The notes beneath the pieces are model-generated. The model made no database searches and was not told the DNA's origin. It saw nothing but the letters and a program-made list of their open reading frames with translations. The position numbers and the translations under genes were made by a program. This document shows, one piece after another, positions 48,516 to 60,003 of a stretch of 64,000 nucleotides of DNA (position 1 is the first letter of the stretch; each line of letters starts with the position of its first letter). The DNA lies in assembly GCA_963835455.1 (NCBI GenBank), contig CAWIFT010000005.1, positions 258,402 through 322,401 on the forward strand, read 5' to 3'. The stretch is from an uncultured Actinomycetes bacterium (GTDB lineage: Bacteria; Actinomycetota; Acidimicrobiia; IMCC26256; PALSA-610).

Positions 48516-51461
48516 ATGGCCGACGAGATTCCGCCGCAGCGCTACACCGCCGCGCTCGCCAACGAGATCGAGCACAAGTGGCAGGACCGCTGGGACGAAC
48601 AGCACGTCTTCTCCACGCCGAATCGCACCGGTCTGTTGAGCGAAGACCCGCGGCGCATCTCGGACCGGCCGCACATGTTCGTGCTCGACATGTTCCCGTA
48701 CCCGAGCGGTGTCGGGCTGCACGTCGGCCATCCGCTCGGCTACATCGCCACCGACGTGTACGCGCGCTTCCAGCGCATGAACGGCTTCAACGTGCTGCAC
48801 ACGATGGGCTACGACGCGTTCGGTCTTCCGGCCGAGCAGTACGCGGTGCAGACGGGAACGCATCCCCGCATCACCACCGAACAGAACATCGCGAACATGA
48901 AGCGCCAGCTGCGCGCGCTCGGCCTCGGACACGATCCGCGCCGCGGTCCCGCCACCACCGACGTCCCGTACTACCGCTGGACGCAGTGGATCTTCCTGCA
49001 GATCTACAACTCCTGGTACGACGCCGACGCGGGACGGGCGCGGGAGATCGGCACGCTGGTGCAGGAGCTCCGCGCCGGCCGGTTCGAGACTCCCGGCGAC
49101 GTTCCCTTCGACGAGCTCGATCCGCTGGAGCAGCGCAAGCTCGTCGACTCGTACCGGCTCGCGTACGAGGCGTACGCGCCCGTCAACTGGTGTCCCGGTC
49201 TCGGTACGGTGCTCGCCAACGAAGAGGTGACCGGCGACGGGCGCAGTGAACGCGGCAACTTCCCGGTGTACCGCCGCCCGCTGAAGCAGTGGATGCTGCG
49301 CATCACGGCGTACGCCGACCGCCTGCTCGACGACCTCGAAGCACTCGACTGGACCGACTCCATCAAGCTGATGCAGCGCAACTGGATCGGGCGCTCGACC
49401 GGCGCGTCGGTGGTGTTCGGCGTCGAGAACCACGCCGACGTCGGGATCGAGGTGTTCACGACGCGGCCCGACACCCTGTTCGGCGCCACGTACATGGTGC
49501 TGGCGCCCGAACACCCGCTGGTCGACGTCATCACCGCGAACGAGTGGCCCGACGACGACCTCGGGAACGACTTCGCGAGCAACGAGCTCGATGCGTGGAA
49601 GGGCCTGTTCGGCGCGACCGATCCGCCGCCGGCCGCGGTGAACCGTTATCGCGACTTCGCCGCCGCCAAGACGGACCTCGAGCGCCAGTCCGAGGGCAAA
49701 GAGAAGACCGGCGTGTTCGTCGGTGCGTTCGCGATCAACCCCACGAACAACGCGCGCATCCCGATCTTCATCGCCGACTACGTCCTCATGGGCTACGGAA
49801 CCGGTGCGATCATGGCCGTGCCCGCGCACGACGAACGCGACTTCGAGTTCGCCCGGGAGTTCGAGCTTCCGGTCGTTCCGGTGATCCGTCCCGACGACGA
49901 ATGGCTCGCCGAGCGCGATGTCGGGCCGGCCGACGCGTCCAACTGGCCCGAGTCGTACGTGGGCGACGGCGTCGCGCAGAACTCGGCGAACGACGAGGTG
50001 ACGCTCGACGGGCTGCGCGTGGAGGACGCGAAGCGCGTCATCACCGAGTGGTTGGAACGATCGGGACGTGGTCGTCCCACGATCACGTACAAGTTGCGCG
50101 ACTGGCTCTTCAGCCGGCAGCGCTACTGGGGCGAGCCGTTCCCGATCGTCTATGACGACGCGGGGCCGATCGCGCTGCCCGACTCGATGCTGCCCGTGGT
50201 GCTGCCCGAGGTCACCGACTTCGAGCCCGTCACTTCGGATGATCCCGACGCGCTCCCGGAACCGCCGCTCGCGCGCGCCGCCGACTGGGTCGAGGTCGAG
50301 CTCGACCTCGAGGGCCCGGAGTGGGCCGGGTACGGCGCAGGCCCGAGCACCTACATCCGTGAGACGAACACGATGCCGCAGTGGGCGGGTTCGTGTTGGT
50401 ACTACCTGCGCTACCTCGACCCCACCAACGAGGACGCGATGGTCGACCCCGAGGTGGAGCAGAGTTGGGCCGCGGGCACCCGCGGCGACGGTTCACCGAA
50501 AGTCGGTCTCGTCGACCTGTACGTCGGCGGTGTCGAGCACGCGGTGCTGCACCTCTTGTACGCGCGTTTCTGGCACAAGGTGTTGTTCGACCTCGGTCAC
50601 GTTTCGACGATCGAGCCCTTCCAGCGTCTGGTGAACCAGGGGTACATCCTCGCGGCCGCGTTCGTGGACGAGCGGGGCGCGTACGTCGAGGCCGAGCAGG
50701 TCGAAGCGCGCGACGGGAAGTACTACTTCGAGGGCAAAGAAGTCACGCGCGAGTTCGGCAAGATGGGCAAGAGCCTGCGCAACGCAGTCGCACCCGACGA
50801 CATCTACCGCGACTACGGCGCCGACACGCTGCGGCTCTACGAGATGTTCATGGGCCCGCTCGACAAAGAGCGGCCGTGGAGCACCGCCGACATCGTCGGC
50901 GTACATCGCTTCCTCCAGCGACTGTGGCGCAACTTCGTCGACGAGGAAACCGGCGCGTCGCGCGTCACGGACGCGCCCGCCGACGACGAGACGCGCCGGT
51001 TGCTGCACAAGACGATCGACGCGGTCCGCACCGACATGGCCGCGCTGAGCTTCAACACCGCGATCGCGCGCCTCTTCGAGCTCAACAACCACCTGACCGC
51101 GCTCGTCCAGGGCGACGGCGCCTTGCCGCGCGAGGTGGCAGAGCCGTTGGCGCTGATGGTCGCGCCGCTCGCACCGCACGTCGCCGAGGAGTTGTGGGCC
51201 CGGCTCGGACACGACGACACGCTCACCTACGAATCCTTCCCCGAAGCCGATCTGCAGTGGTTGGTGGAGGATCAGGTGCAGGTACCGGTCCAGGTCAACG
51301 GCAAGGTGCGGGCCCGGATCCGGGTCGGCGCCGATGCCGACGCGGCCGCGCACGAAGCCGCGGCGCGGGCCGAGCCGCGCATCGCCGAACTTCTGGACGG
51401 CGCGACGGTGCGCAACCTGAAGATCGTGCCCGGCAAGATCGTGAACTTCGTCCTCGCCTGA
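48516..51461 (+). CDS. leuS: leucyl-tRNA synthetase
   Basis: 981 aa with the HIGH-type motif (HVGHPLGY) and the KMSKS-type motif (GKMGKS). Confidence 0.97.
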   Translation: MADEIPPQRYTAALANEIEHKWQDRWDEQHVFSTPNRTGLLSEDPRRISDRPHMFVLDMFPYPSGVGLHVGHPLGYIATDVYARFQRMNGFNVLHTMGYDAFGLPAEQYAVQTGTHPRITTEQNIANMKRQLRALGLGHDPRRGPATTDVPYYRWTQWIFLQIYNSWYDADAGRAREIGTLVQELRAGRFETPGDVPFDELDPLEQRKLVDSYRLAYEAYAPVNWCPGLGTVLANEEVTGDGRSERGNFPVYRRPLKQWMLRITAYADRLLDDLEALDWTDSIKLMQRNWIGRSTGASVVFGVENHADVGIEVFTTRPDTLFGATYMVLAPEHPLVDVITANEWPDDDLGNDFASNELDAWKGLFGATDPPPAAVNRYRDFAAAKTDLERQSEGKEKTGVFVGAFAINPTNNARIPIFIADYVLMGYGTGAIMAVPAHDERDFEFAREFELPVVPVIRPDDEWLAERDVGPADASNWPESYVGDGVAQNSANDEVTLDGLRVEDAKRVITEWLERSGRGRPTITYKLRDWLFSRQRYWGEPFPIVYDDAGPIALPDSMLPVVLPEVTDFEPVTSDDPDALPEPPLARAADWVEVELDLEGPEWAGYGAGPSTYIRETNTMPQWAGSCWYYLRYLDPTNEDAMVDPEVEQSWAAGTRGDGSPKVGLVDLYVGGVEHAVLHLLYARFWHKVLFDLGHVSTIEPFQRLVNQGYILAAAFVDERGAYVEAEQVEARDGKYYFEGKEVTREFGKMGKSLRNAVAPDDIYRDYGADTLRLYEMFMGPLDKERPWSTADIVGVHRFLQRLWRNFVDEETGASRVTDAPADDETRRLLHKTIDAVRTDMAALSFNTAIARLFELNNHLTALVQGDGALPREVAEPLALMVAPLAPHVAEELWARLGHDDTLTYESFPEADLQWLVEDQVQVPVQVNGKVRARIRVGADADAAAHEAAARAEPRIAELLDGATVRNLKIVPGKIVNFVLA

Positions 51462-51560
51462 GATCGCAGGCGCGCGCTTTTCGGTGGCGCACCGGCGCGG
51501 TAGCGTGCGAACGCTTCTCCCGCACTTCCTCCGTCGGTCTTCTCGCGCCCGGAGGCATTC

Positions 51561-52253
51561 GTGGAGGAGGAAGTTCCCCGTCCGCCGGCGCACGACGCTC
51601 GTGCCGCCTGGACCGCGCGTTGGCACGAGTGGCGGGGTGATCGTCGTATCGCGGCCGCGCTGCTCGCCTGTGTCGCCCTCGCCGCCGGCGTCGCCTGGCT
51701 GCGCGCCGGCACGACGACTTCGTCCGCGTTGGCGCGCCCGACGCCCTCGAGCGGGCCGACCGAGACGTTCCCCGTCACCACGACGAGCCGCGCCGCACCC
51801 GCACTGATCGTCGACGTCGTCGGCGCGGTGGTCCGCAGTGGCGTGGTGCGGCTGCGCGCCGGGGCCCGGGTCATCGACGCGATCGCCGCCGCAGGCGGAT
51901 CGGCTCCCGACGCCGACCTCGGCCGCCTCAACCTCGCGGCCGTGCTCACCGACGGGTCGCGCATCGCGGTACCGCGCGCGGGTGCGCCCGCACCCGGTGT
52001 GGATCCGACCGCGGTGAGCGGAGCCGCGCCGGGAGCGGCCGACGGCGCGCCGACTCCCGCCGCGCCCGTGAACCTCAACACCGCGACCGCGGAACAACTC
52101 GACGCCTTGCCGGGTGTCGGTCCCGCGACCGCCGCCGCGATCATCCGCGACCGTGAGGCCCACGGCCCGTTCCCATCGGTCGACGACCTCGGCCGCGTAC
52201 GCGGCATCGGCGCCGCCAAACTCGCGCAACTGCACGATCTCGTGGCGGTGTGA
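51561..52253 (+). CDS. comEA: ComEA family helix-hairpin-helix DNA-binding protein
   Basis: One TM helix, an SLBB-like segment, and a C-terminal tandem HhH (LNTATAEQLDALPGVGPATAAAII...VRGIGAAKL). Confidence 0.88.
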   Translation: MEEEVPRPPAHDARAAWTARWHEWRGDRRIAAALLACVALAAGVAWLRAGTTTSSALARPTPSSGPTETFPVTTTSRAAPALIVDVVGAVVRSGVVRLRAGARVIDAIAAAGGSAPDADLGRLNLAAVLTDGSRIAVPRAGAPAPGVDPTAVSGAAPGAADGAPTPAAPVNLNTATAEQLDALPGVGPATAAAIIRDREAHGPFPSVDDLGRVRGIGAAKLAQLHDLVAV

Positions 52254-52254
52254 G

Positions 52255-53695
52255 GTGGAGCCGGGACCGGTCGTCGCGTTGGTGGCGTTGATCGCGGGCA
52301 TCGTGGTCGGGGAGCGGTCCGGCACCGCGACCGCGAACGGTGCGTTGATCGCGGGTGCGGCCGCGCTGGCGGCCGCCTGGTTCACGCGCTCGCGCCGGCG
52401 TCAGCGCGCTGGCCGCCGTCGCGTGCGCGCTCCTCGGGTGCGCGGCGATGGGCCGGGCCCTCGACGGGCAGGCCCACTCGCCGCTCCGGGCCGCGATCGA
52501 CCGTCGGGAATCGACAACCGTGCACGGGGTCGCGACCGAGGATCCCGACGGCCCCACGTACGAAGCGAGTGTGCTCGTCCGGGTCGACGCCGGCCACGGC
52601 ACGGACCGCGTTCTGCTCGCACGCGCCGCGGGGGACGACGTCGCCGCGCTGCGGGTGATCGAGGCCGGCGATCACGTGGTGCTCACGGGCCGGCTCACGC
52701 CGCTCGGCCCGGGTGTGTACGACGACCGGGCGCGGTGGCGCCACGCCGTCGGCCGCCTCGAGGAGGCGCGCGTCGTCTCCCTGACTGCGCCGCACGGACT
52801 GCTCGCAGTTGCGAACGCGATCCGCGGCGTCATCCTCCGGGGGACGCGTTCGCTCGCACCGACGACGCGCGCGCTGGTCGCGGGCTTCCTGCTCGGCGAT
52901 ACGCGCGGCATCCCGTCGCCGGTGATCAACGCGTACCGGGACTCCGGGCTGTCGCACCTGCTCGCCGTTTCCGGCGAGAACGTTGCGTTCGTGATGGCGC
53001 TGGCCGCACCGTTGCTCCGCCGGCTGCGGCTCGGCGCCCGCACCGCCACGGCGCTCGCGATCGTGATCGTGTTCGCGGCCATGACCCGGTTCGAGCCGTC
53101 GGTATTGCGGGCTTCGGCGATGGCCGCGATCGCGTTGCTCGCGACCCTGGGCGGCCGCCCCGCGTCGACCGTGCGCGTGTTGGCCTACACGGTGATCGCA
53201 CTCCTGCTCATCGATCCGTTCCTGCTGCACTCCGTCGCGTTCGCGTTGTCGTGCGGCGCGAGCGCGGGCATCGCGTTCTTCTCGCGTCCGATCGGTGCGC
53301 GCCTGCCCGGCCCGCGCGCGGTACGCGAACCGCTGGCGGTCTCGATCGGCGCGCAGCTCGGAGTCCTGCCCGTCCTGCTGTGGGTCTTCGGTACGTTCCC
53401 CCTGATCACGCCGGTCGCGAACCTCGCCGCGGCGCCGGCGGCGGAGCTGCTCGGCGTGTACGGCTTCTTCGCCGCCGCGGTCGCCGGCGTCGCGCCGGGG
53501 CTCGGCCCGCTCGTGCAGCAGCCGACCGCAGTGCTGGTCGCGTGGATCACGACGGTTGCGGACGCGGGCGCCGCGATCCCGTTCCGGATCGACGTCCGGG
53601 GCGCGCTCGGCGTCACCTCGTTACTCGCCGCGGCCGCCTCGGTAGCCTGCCTGCGTGCCCGCCGTCGAGCCGTTCCCGCGCCTCCGGTTGGGTGA
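52255..53695 (+). pseudogene. comEC: ComEC/Rec2 competence channel protein (no beta-lactamase domain), apparent frame change near the N-terminus
   Basis: GTG at 52255 opens a high-GC3 TM segment VEPGPVVALVALIAGIVVG...AAAWFTR in the frame of ORF 52114... The rest (...AGVSALAAVACALLGCAAMG...LLGDTRGIP...SGLSHLLAVSGENV...) is in ORF 52355..53695. The junction is near 52385-52396. Confidence 0.72.
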
Positions 53696-54497
53696 GCGCT
53701 CGGTCGACATCCGCCGGCGGGTCGTGGTGATGGGGATCCTGAACCGCACCCCCGATTCGTTCTACGACCGCGGCGCAACCTGGGATTTCGACGCCTTCGT
53801 ACGCCACGCGGAGCAACTGGTGGCCGACGGCGCCGACCTGCTCGACGTCGGCGGTGTGAAAGCCGGCCCCGGCCCCGACGTGGACGAGAACGAAGAGCTC
53901 GACCGTGTCGTTCCGGCCGTAGAGGCACTGCGGGCGCGCTTCGACGTGCCACTTTCGGTCGACACCTGGCGCGCGTCCGTGCTGGACGCCGCGTGCACGG
54001 CCGGTGCCGTCGTCGGCAACGACATCTCCGGATTCGGCGATCCCGACTACCTGCGGGTCGCGGCCAAGCACGACGTCACCGTGGTCGCCACGCACATCCG
54101 GCTCCGCCCGCGCGTCCCCGATCCCGACCCGCACTACGACGATCTCGTCGCCGACGTCACCGAATTCCTGTGCGAGCGGGCGCGCCGCGCCGAGGCGGTC
54201 GGCCTGCGTCCCGAACAGATCGTCTTCGACGCCGGCCTCGACCTCGGCAAGACCCCGGCGCAGAGCGCGGTGCTGCTCCGCGAGAGCGCGCAGCACGCCG
54301 TTCTCGGCTATCCGCTCCTGCTGTCCGCGTCGAACAAGCGGTTCATCGGCGAGTTGCTCCTCCGCGAGATCGACGATCGCCGACCGGAATCACTGGCGGC
54401 AGTCGCCTACGGCGCGGTGCATGGTTGCCGGATCGTGCGGGTGCACGACGTCCGCGGCACGGCACGCGTGTGCCGAGCGATCGAGGCGATGTTGTGA
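53655..54497 (+). CDS. dihydropteroate synthase family protein (FolP2-like variant)
   Basis: Shows VMGILNRTPDSFYD, DVGGVKAGPG (where the canonical sequence is GGESTRPG) and SASNKRF. The ORF start overlaps comEC by 41 nt, and alternative in-frame starts exist at 53724-53730. Confidence 0.82.
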   Translation: MPAVEPFPRLRLGERSVDIRRRVVVMGILNRTPDSFYDRGATWDFDAFVRHAEQLVADGADLLDVGGVKAGPGPDVDENEELDRVVPAVEALRARFDVPLSVDTWRASVLDAACTAGAVVGNDISGFGDPDYLRVAAKHDVTVVATHIRLRPRVPDPDPHYDDLVADVTEFLCERARRAEAVGLRPEQIVFDAGLDLGKTPAQSAVLLRESAQHAVLGYPLLLSASNKRFIGELLLREIDDRRPESLAAVAYGAVHGCRIVRVHDVRGTARVCRAIEAML

Positions 54498-55549
54498 GCA
54501 TCTACTTCGTCCAGGGTTCGGATTCGATCTTCCGCGATCGCGAGGTCCAACGCCTCATCGACGAGCTGCTCGCGGGTGAGGATCGTTCGTTCGCGCTCGA
54601 CGACCACACCTTCGCGAGCCGGCGCCGCGCGGGCGACGCCGAACCCGCCGAGGACGACGATGATGCGCGCGCCTCGGAAGGCTCCACCGAGCTTCCGGCC
54701 TTCGCGGCGCTCACCACCGCACTGCAGAGCCCGCCGTTCATGACCTCGGCCCGCGTCGTGGTGGTGCGTGACATCGGTAACGCCACGACCGAACAGGCCA
54801 AGTGGCTCGCGGAATGGATGGACGATCCGCTCGACGGCGTGCACCTGGTGCTCGTCGCCGGCGGCGGTCGCGTCTCCGCCGCGCTCGACAAGGCGGCGAA
54901 GGCGAAGGCCGAGGTCGTCGGGGGGACCACGGGCGACACCGCCGAGGTGTTGCAACAGGAACTCCGGGACGCACACATCAAGCTCGCGCCCGACGCGAGC
55001 AAACAGGTCGCGGCCCACCTCGGCGACGACGCCGGCCGCGTCCCCGAGTTGGTGGAGCTCCTCCACTCGACCTACGGCGACAACGCGTCGCTTTCGCTCG
55101 ACGACGTCGAGCAGTACCTCGGCGAGGTCGGAACCGCGGGTCGGTTCGACCTCACCAACGCGATCGACCGCGGCGACGTCGGGACCGCGCTCGAGACGTT
55201 GCACCGCATGCTGACGTCGAGCAGCTCACAACAGTTGAAGCCACTGCACCCGATGCAGGTGATGGCCTCGCTCGTCTTCCACTATCAGCGGCTGCTCCGG
55301 CTCGACGATCCGTCGATCATCACGAAGGAACACGCCGCGACCGCGCTCGGCATGAAGAGCGCGGGTGGCGCGCGGTTCCCGCTGGAAGCGTCGAAGCGGC
55401 TCGGCCGCGACGGGCTCCGGGACGCGCTCAAGCTCCTGGCCGACGCCGAGCTCGACCTGCGGGGCGCGAGCGGTCTCGACGACCGCACCGTGATGGACGT
55501 GCTCGTCGCGCGCCTGGCCGCGTTGAGCCGGCGGTCGGCGCGGCGCTAA
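54494..55549 (+). CDS. holA: DNA polymerase III delta subunit
   Basis: GTG at 54494 overlaps the folP-like stop (GTGA). About 351 aa with the expected position after comEC and delta-like C-terminal helices. It contains an acidic insertion (AEPAEDDDDA). Confidence 0.8.
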   Translation: MSIYFVQGSDSIFRDREVQRLIDELLAGEDRSFALDDHTFASRRRAGDAEPAEDDDDARASEGSTELPAFAALTTALQSPPFMTSARVVVVRDIGNATTEQAKWLAEWMDDPLDGVHLVLVAGGGRVSAALDKAAKAKAEVVGGTTGDTAEVLQQELRDAHIKLAPDASKQVAAHLGDDAGRVPELVELLHSTYGDNASLSLDDVEQYLGEVGTAGRFDLTNAIDRGDVGTALETLHRMLTSSSSQQLKPLHPMQVMASLVFHYQRLLRLDDPSIITKEHAATALGMKSAGGARFPLEASKRLGRDGLRDALKLLADAELDLRGASGLDDRTVMDVLVARLAALSRRSARR

Positions 55550-55555
55550 CGAGTA

Positions 55556-55819
55556 CTAGACGCCGGCTTTGGCCGCGCGCTTCATGAGGCGCGACGTGCG
55601 GCGGGCGGCCGCGTTCTTGTGGATGACGCCCTTCGATCCGGCCTTGTCGATGCGCTTCTGCGCGGCCTTCACGGCGTCGGCTGCTCCCGCGTCGCCATCG
55701 GTGACGGCTTGGTTCGCCACCTTCACGCGCGTCTTCAGTTCGGAGCGGACGCCCTTGTTGCGGACGCGGCGCTTCTCGTTCTGACGATTGCGCTTCTTCT
55801 GCGACTGGATGTTTGCCAT
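55556..55819 (-). CDS. rpsT: 30S ribosomal protein S20
   Basis: MANIQSQKKRNRQNEKRRVRNKGVRSELKT..., 87 aa. Internal Met of the long artefactual ORF 55556..57079. Confidence 0.95.
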   Translation of the reverse strand: MANIQSQKKRNRQNEKRRVRNKGVRSELKTRVKVANQAVTDGDAGAADAVKAAQKRIDKAGSKGVIHKNAAARRTSRLMKRAAKAGV

Positions 55820-55873
55820 GCGGAGCTGCTCCGAACCTGTTCGAGAACCGGGTGAGGCTACCAGAATGGGTCT

Positions 55874-56782
55874 ATGAGCGAAGAACGCGTGCTGGTCGAC
55901 TGCGATCCGGGCCACGACGACGTCATGGCGATCCTCCTGGCCGCGAGGTCGGCCCGGCTGATCGGGATCACCACGGTGGCCGGCAATGCCGCGCTCGAGC
56001 ACACCACCCGGAACGCGCTCGTGACCTGCGAGCTCGCGGGAATCGACGTGCCGGTGCATTCCGGCGCGGCCGCACCGCTTTCGGGTCCGGCGCACGGCGC
56101 GGCCGAGGTCCACGGCCGGGAGGGGCTCGACGGCGTCGAGATCCCGGTGCCCCGGCGCACCGTGGACGGAACCGACGCTGCCGGTTTCATGATCGAGTGC
56201 GCGAGGGCGGCGCCCGGGCTCTGGATCCTCGCCGTTGGCCCCTTGACGAATGTCGCGCTCGCGTTGCAGCGCGAACCCGAACTCGCGGCGCGCGTCGCGG
56301 GGATCTCGATCATGGGTGGGGGGACGTTCGGCAACGTGACCCCGGCGGCCGAGTTCAACATCTGGGCCGATCCCGAGGCGGCCGATGCCGTCTTCCGCTC
56401 CGGTGTGCCACTGCGGCTGTGCGGTCTCGACCTCACGCACCAGGTCTGCGCCGGCGCCGGCTTCATCGCCTCGATCCGAGAGATCGGCTCGCCGCTCGCG
56501 GATTTCGTGGGCGCGCTCCTCGCGTTCTACCGGCAGCGGATCATCGAGCTCTCGGGCACCGACCTCGCCGCGCTGCACGACCCGTGCGCGGTGCTCGCGG
56601 TGACCAACCCCGAGCTGTTCGACTTCTCCCACCATCGGGTGCGGATCGAGCTCGACGGCACCTACACGCGCGGGATGACCGTGATCGATCGCCGGGTCGC
56701 GCAGGGGCCGGTCGAGGTGGCGTGGAACGTCGACGCTCCCCGCGCGCTCGACTTGATCCGTCAGGCGGTGACGAGCGCGTAG
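55874..56782 (+). CDS. nucleoside hydrolase (IUNH family)
   Basis: N-terminal Ca-binding motif DCDPGHDD. 302 aa. Confidence 0.9.
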   Translation: MSEERVLVDCDPGHDDVMAILLAARSARLIGITTVAGNAALEHTTRNALVTCELAGIDVPVHSGAAAPLSGPAHGAAEVHGREGLDGVEIPVPRRTVDGTDAAGFMIECARAAPGLWILAVGPLTNVALALQREPELAARVAGISIMGGGTFGNVTPAAEFNIWADPEAADAVFRSGVPLRLCGLDLTHQVCAGAGFIASIREIGSPLADFVGALLAFYRQRIIELSGTDLAALHDPCAVLAVTNPELFDFSHHRVRIELDGTYTRGMTVIDRRVAQGPVEVAWNVDAPRALDLIRQAVTSA

Positions 56783-57653
56783 ACCTCGGCGGCAGTCGCG
56801 AGAGACGCGCGGGCCCCGACCGCCCGGCAGGCGAGCGCACCGGCCGCGGCCGCGAGCGGGAGGGCGGCGTCGAGTGGCTTTCGGTCGGCGAGCGCCCACG
56901 CGAGCGCGCCGTTGAACGCGTCGCCCGCACCGGTGGTGTCGACCACCTCGACCGCGTAGGCCGCGTGCGTGCGCACTTCGCGCCCCGCGCGATACAGCGC
57001 CACACCGGCGCCACCGAGCGTCACGATGACTGCGGGGGCCCGCTCGAGGAGGTGGTCGATCCCGCCGAGCCGATCGCATTCGTGCTGGTTCGGCGTCAGG
57101 ATCGCGCCCCGGGCGCGGCCCGGGGCGGGGCCGGATTCACGATGACGGTCGCGCCGCACGCGCCGGCCGCGGCGACGGCGGCCTCGACCGTCTCGACCGG
57201 GATCTCCAGCGAGCACAACACCACGTCGCCGGGACGGATCGCGCCGACCGCAGCCTCGCTCGTGACCGTGCGATTCGCGCCGGGCGCGACCGCAATCGAG
57301 TTCTCGCCCCGGGCGTCGACCGTGATGACGGCAACGCCCGTCGGGGCGGCGGCCGTCGTCGCGAGCGCCGAGCAGTCGACGCCGCGGGCTTCGAGATCGG
57401 CGCGGACCGAGCGACCGTGATCGTCGGCGCCGACGCAGCCGACGAAATGCACTACCGCGCCGAGCATCGCCGCGGCCGCGGCCTGATTCGCGCCCTTACC
57501 CCCGAGCACCTGCATGAACTCGCCGTCGGTGACCGTCTCGCCCGGCGCGGGCAGCCGCTCGCCGTGCCACACCAGATCGACGTTCGCCGACCCGATCACC
57601 AGCACCCTGGCCGACGTGACCCGCGACATCTCTGGCTCCCTCGGCTGCGCCAT
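56761..57653 (-). pseudogene. rbsK: ribokinase, interrupted by a frame change as assembled
   Basis: ORF 57096..57653 has VLVIGSANVDL, GGKGANQA and ...TVIVNPAP, then stops. ORF 56761..57216 continues with ILTPNQHE...DTTGAGDAF. The junction is near 57103-57107. The start is 57653 or ATG 57629. Confidence 0.85.
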
Positions 57654-57727
57654 CCCGGCTCCGCCCTGGCTCCGCTCGTACGCACGGTACCGAGACGTTC
57701 AGAGAGATAAGCGACAATGGACGGATC

Positions 57728-59512
57728 GTGACTGCTCTCGACCGCATCCGCTGCCTCAGCATCATCGCCCACATCGACCACGGGAAATCGACGCTCGCCG
57801 ACCGGCTCCTCGAGCTGACCGGTGCGGTCGACGCGCGCGACATGCGCGCGCAGTACCTCGACACGATGGATCTCGAGCGCGAGCGCGGCATCACGATCAA
57901 GGCCCAGAACGTGCGGCTCGAGTGGAACGGCTACATCGTCAACCTCATCGACACGCCGGGCCACGTCGACTTCGGGTACGAGGTCAGCCGGTCGCTCGCG
58001 GCGTGCGAAGGCGTCATCCTCCTCGTCGATGCGTCGCAGGGCATCGAGGCGCAGACGCTCGCGAACTGTTACCTCGCGATGGAGAACGACCTCACGATCG
58101 TCGCCGCGCTGAACAAGATCGACCTCCCTGCCGCCGAACCGGAGAAGCGCGCGCAGGAGATCGAGCGGGTGTTGGGCATCCCGGCCGGCGACGTCCTGCA
58201 GATCTCCGCCAAGACGGGCGCAGGCGTGAAGGAGTTGCTCGACGCGATCGTCGAGCGCATCCCGCCGCCCAAAGGTGATCCCGACGCGCCGCTGCAGGCG
58301 CTCATGTTCGACTCGATCTACGACGCCTACCGCGGCGTGGTGTCGTCGGTGCGCGTCTTCAACGGTGTGCTCCGCAGCGGAGCGCGCCTGCGGTACGTGA
58401 ACGCGAGCCAGGATCACGACGCCGAGGAGATCGGGGTCCGCCTCCCGGTGCTCACTCCCGTCGCGACGCTCGGCCCGGGCGAGGTCGGGTACCTCATCGC
58501 GGGGATCAAAGACGTCGGCGAAGCCAAGGTCGGAGAGACGGTCACCGACTCCGCGCGCCGGGCCGAGGCGCTCGCGGGCTACCGCGAGCCGAAGCCGATG
58601 GTGTTCTGCGGTCTGTATCCGGTCGAGGGCGACGAGTACGCCGACCTGCGCGAGGCGCTCGAGCGGCTCCGGCTCAACGACTCGTCGTTCACGTACGAAC
58701 CCGAGACGTCGGGCGCGCTCGGCTTCGGGTTCCGGTGCGGATTCCTCGGCCTGTTGCACATGGAGATCGTGCGCGAGCGGCTCGAACGCGAATACAACCT
58801 GTCGCTCGTCGCGAGCTCACCCAACGTCGAGTACCGGCTCGAGCTCACCGACGGGAGGATCGAGGTCGTCGACAACCCTTCCGCGATGCCGTCACCGCAG
58901 GAGATCGAAGCGATCGAAGAGCCGTACGTGCGCACGACGATCCTGACGCCCAGCGAGTACGTCGGCACGTTGATGGAGCTGTCGCAGGCCCGGCGGGGCG
59001 AGATGGAGAAGATGGAGTATCTCTCCGAGGACCGCGTCGAGCTCGTCTACGTGTTGCCGCTCGCGGAGATCGTCCTCGACTTCTTCGACCAGATGAAGTC
59101 GCGCACGCGCGGCTACGCGAGCCTCGACTACGAGCCGGTCGGCTATCGCCGCTCGAACCTCGCGAAGGTCGACGTGCTGTTGAACTCCACCCCGGTCGAC
59201 GCGTTCTCCGCGATCGTGCATCGCGACAAGGCGTACGAGTACGGAAAGAAGATGACGTCGAAGTTGCGGGAGCTGATCCCGCGCCAACTCTTCGACGTGC
59301 CGATCCAAGCGGCCATCGGCGGCCGGATCATCGCCCGCGAGACGGTGAAGGCGAAGCGCAAGGACGTGCTCGCGAAGTGTTACGGCGGTGACATCACGCG
59401 CAAGCGCAAGCTGCTCGAGCGCCAGAAGGAAGGCAAGAAGAAGATGAAGCAGATCGGTCGCGTCGAGGTCCCTCAGGAGGCCTTCGTCGCCGCGCTCCGT
59501 CTCGACGAGTAG
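57728..59512 (+). CDS. lepA: translation elongation factor 4
   Basis: Shows [21 protein letters not shown] and the LepA-specific C-terminal domain. 594 aa. Confidence 0.97.
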   Translation: MTALDRIRCLSIIAHIDHGKSTLADRLLELTGAVDARDMRAQYLDTMDLERERGITIKAQNVRLEWNGYIVNLIDTPGHVDFGYEVSRSLAACEGVILLVDASQGIEAQTLANCYLAMENDLTIVAALNKIDLPAAEPEKRAQEIERVLGIPAGDVLQISAKTGAGVKELLDAIVERIPPPKGDPDAPLQALMFDSIYDAYRGVVSSVRVFNGVLRSGARLRYVNASQDHDAEEIGVRLPVLTPVATLGPGEVGYLIAGIKDVGEAKVGETVTDSARRAEALAGYREPKPMVFCGLYPVEGDEYADLREALERLRLNDSSFTYEPETSGALGFGFRCGFLGLLHMEIVRERLEREYNLSLVASSPNVEYRLELTDGRIEVVDNPSAMPSPQEIEAIEEPYVRTTILTPSEYVGTLMELSQARRGEMEKMEYLSEDRVELVYVLPLAEIVLDFFDQMKSRTRGYASLDYEPVGYRRSNLAKVDVLLNSTPVDAFSAIVHRDKAYEYGKKMTSKLRELIPRQLFDVPIQAAIGGRIIARETVKAKRKDVLAKCYGGDITRKRKLLERQKEGKKKMKQIGRVEVPQEAFVAALRLDE

Positions 59513-59530
59513 CCGCCGGGTTCGCGAAAA

Positions 59531-59547
59531 GCCTGCACTGCGCAGGC
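59531..59547 (+). terminator. hairpin GCCTGC-ACTGC-GCAGGC downstream of lepA
   Basis: A perfect 6 bp stem read directly, 19 nt after the lepA stop. There is no U-tract. Confidence 0.3.
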
Positions 59548-59589
59548 AGACTGTCCGATCGAGGGACCGTCCCGAAATCGGAGGCTGCC

Positions 59590-60003
59590 GTGAATACGAA
59601 GATCGATCCGACCGCGCCGCACAGCCCGGTCGTGCTGAAGCAGTTCGAGAAGCGGGCGGCCGACGCCCAGCTCCGCATCGCCGACACGATCACCGCGTTC
59701 GCGGGCTCGATGCGCTTCGTCTACATCCACATCGCCTTGTTCACGGTGTGGATGCTCGTGTTCGAGAAGAGCCCGTGGCCGACGCTGACGCTGATCGTCT
59801 CGCTCGAAGCCATCTTCTTGTCGACCTTCGTCATGATCGGCCAGAACCGCCAGGCTTCGTTCCAGCAGGCGAAGGCCGACCACGACTACCTGGAGTCGGA
59901 GAAGAATCTCAACGAGAACACCGACATCACCCGGGCGATCCACGAGCTGACCCTGCAGCTACACGCGAAGGTCGTGGGACCGGCGCCGGCCGCCGGCGAG
60001 TGA
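59590..60003 (+). CDS. DUF1003 membrane protein
   Basis: Shows FAGSMRFVYIHIALFTVWM and LIVSLEAIFLSTFVMIGQNRQ, typical of DUF1003. 137 aa. Confidence 0.85.
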   Translation: MNTKIDPTAPHSPVVLKQFEKRAADAQLRIADTITAFAGSMRFVYIHIALFTVWMLVFEKSPWPTLTLIVSLEAIFLSTFVMIGQNRQASFQQAKADHDYLESEKNLNENTDITRAIHELTLQLHAKVVGPAPAAGE

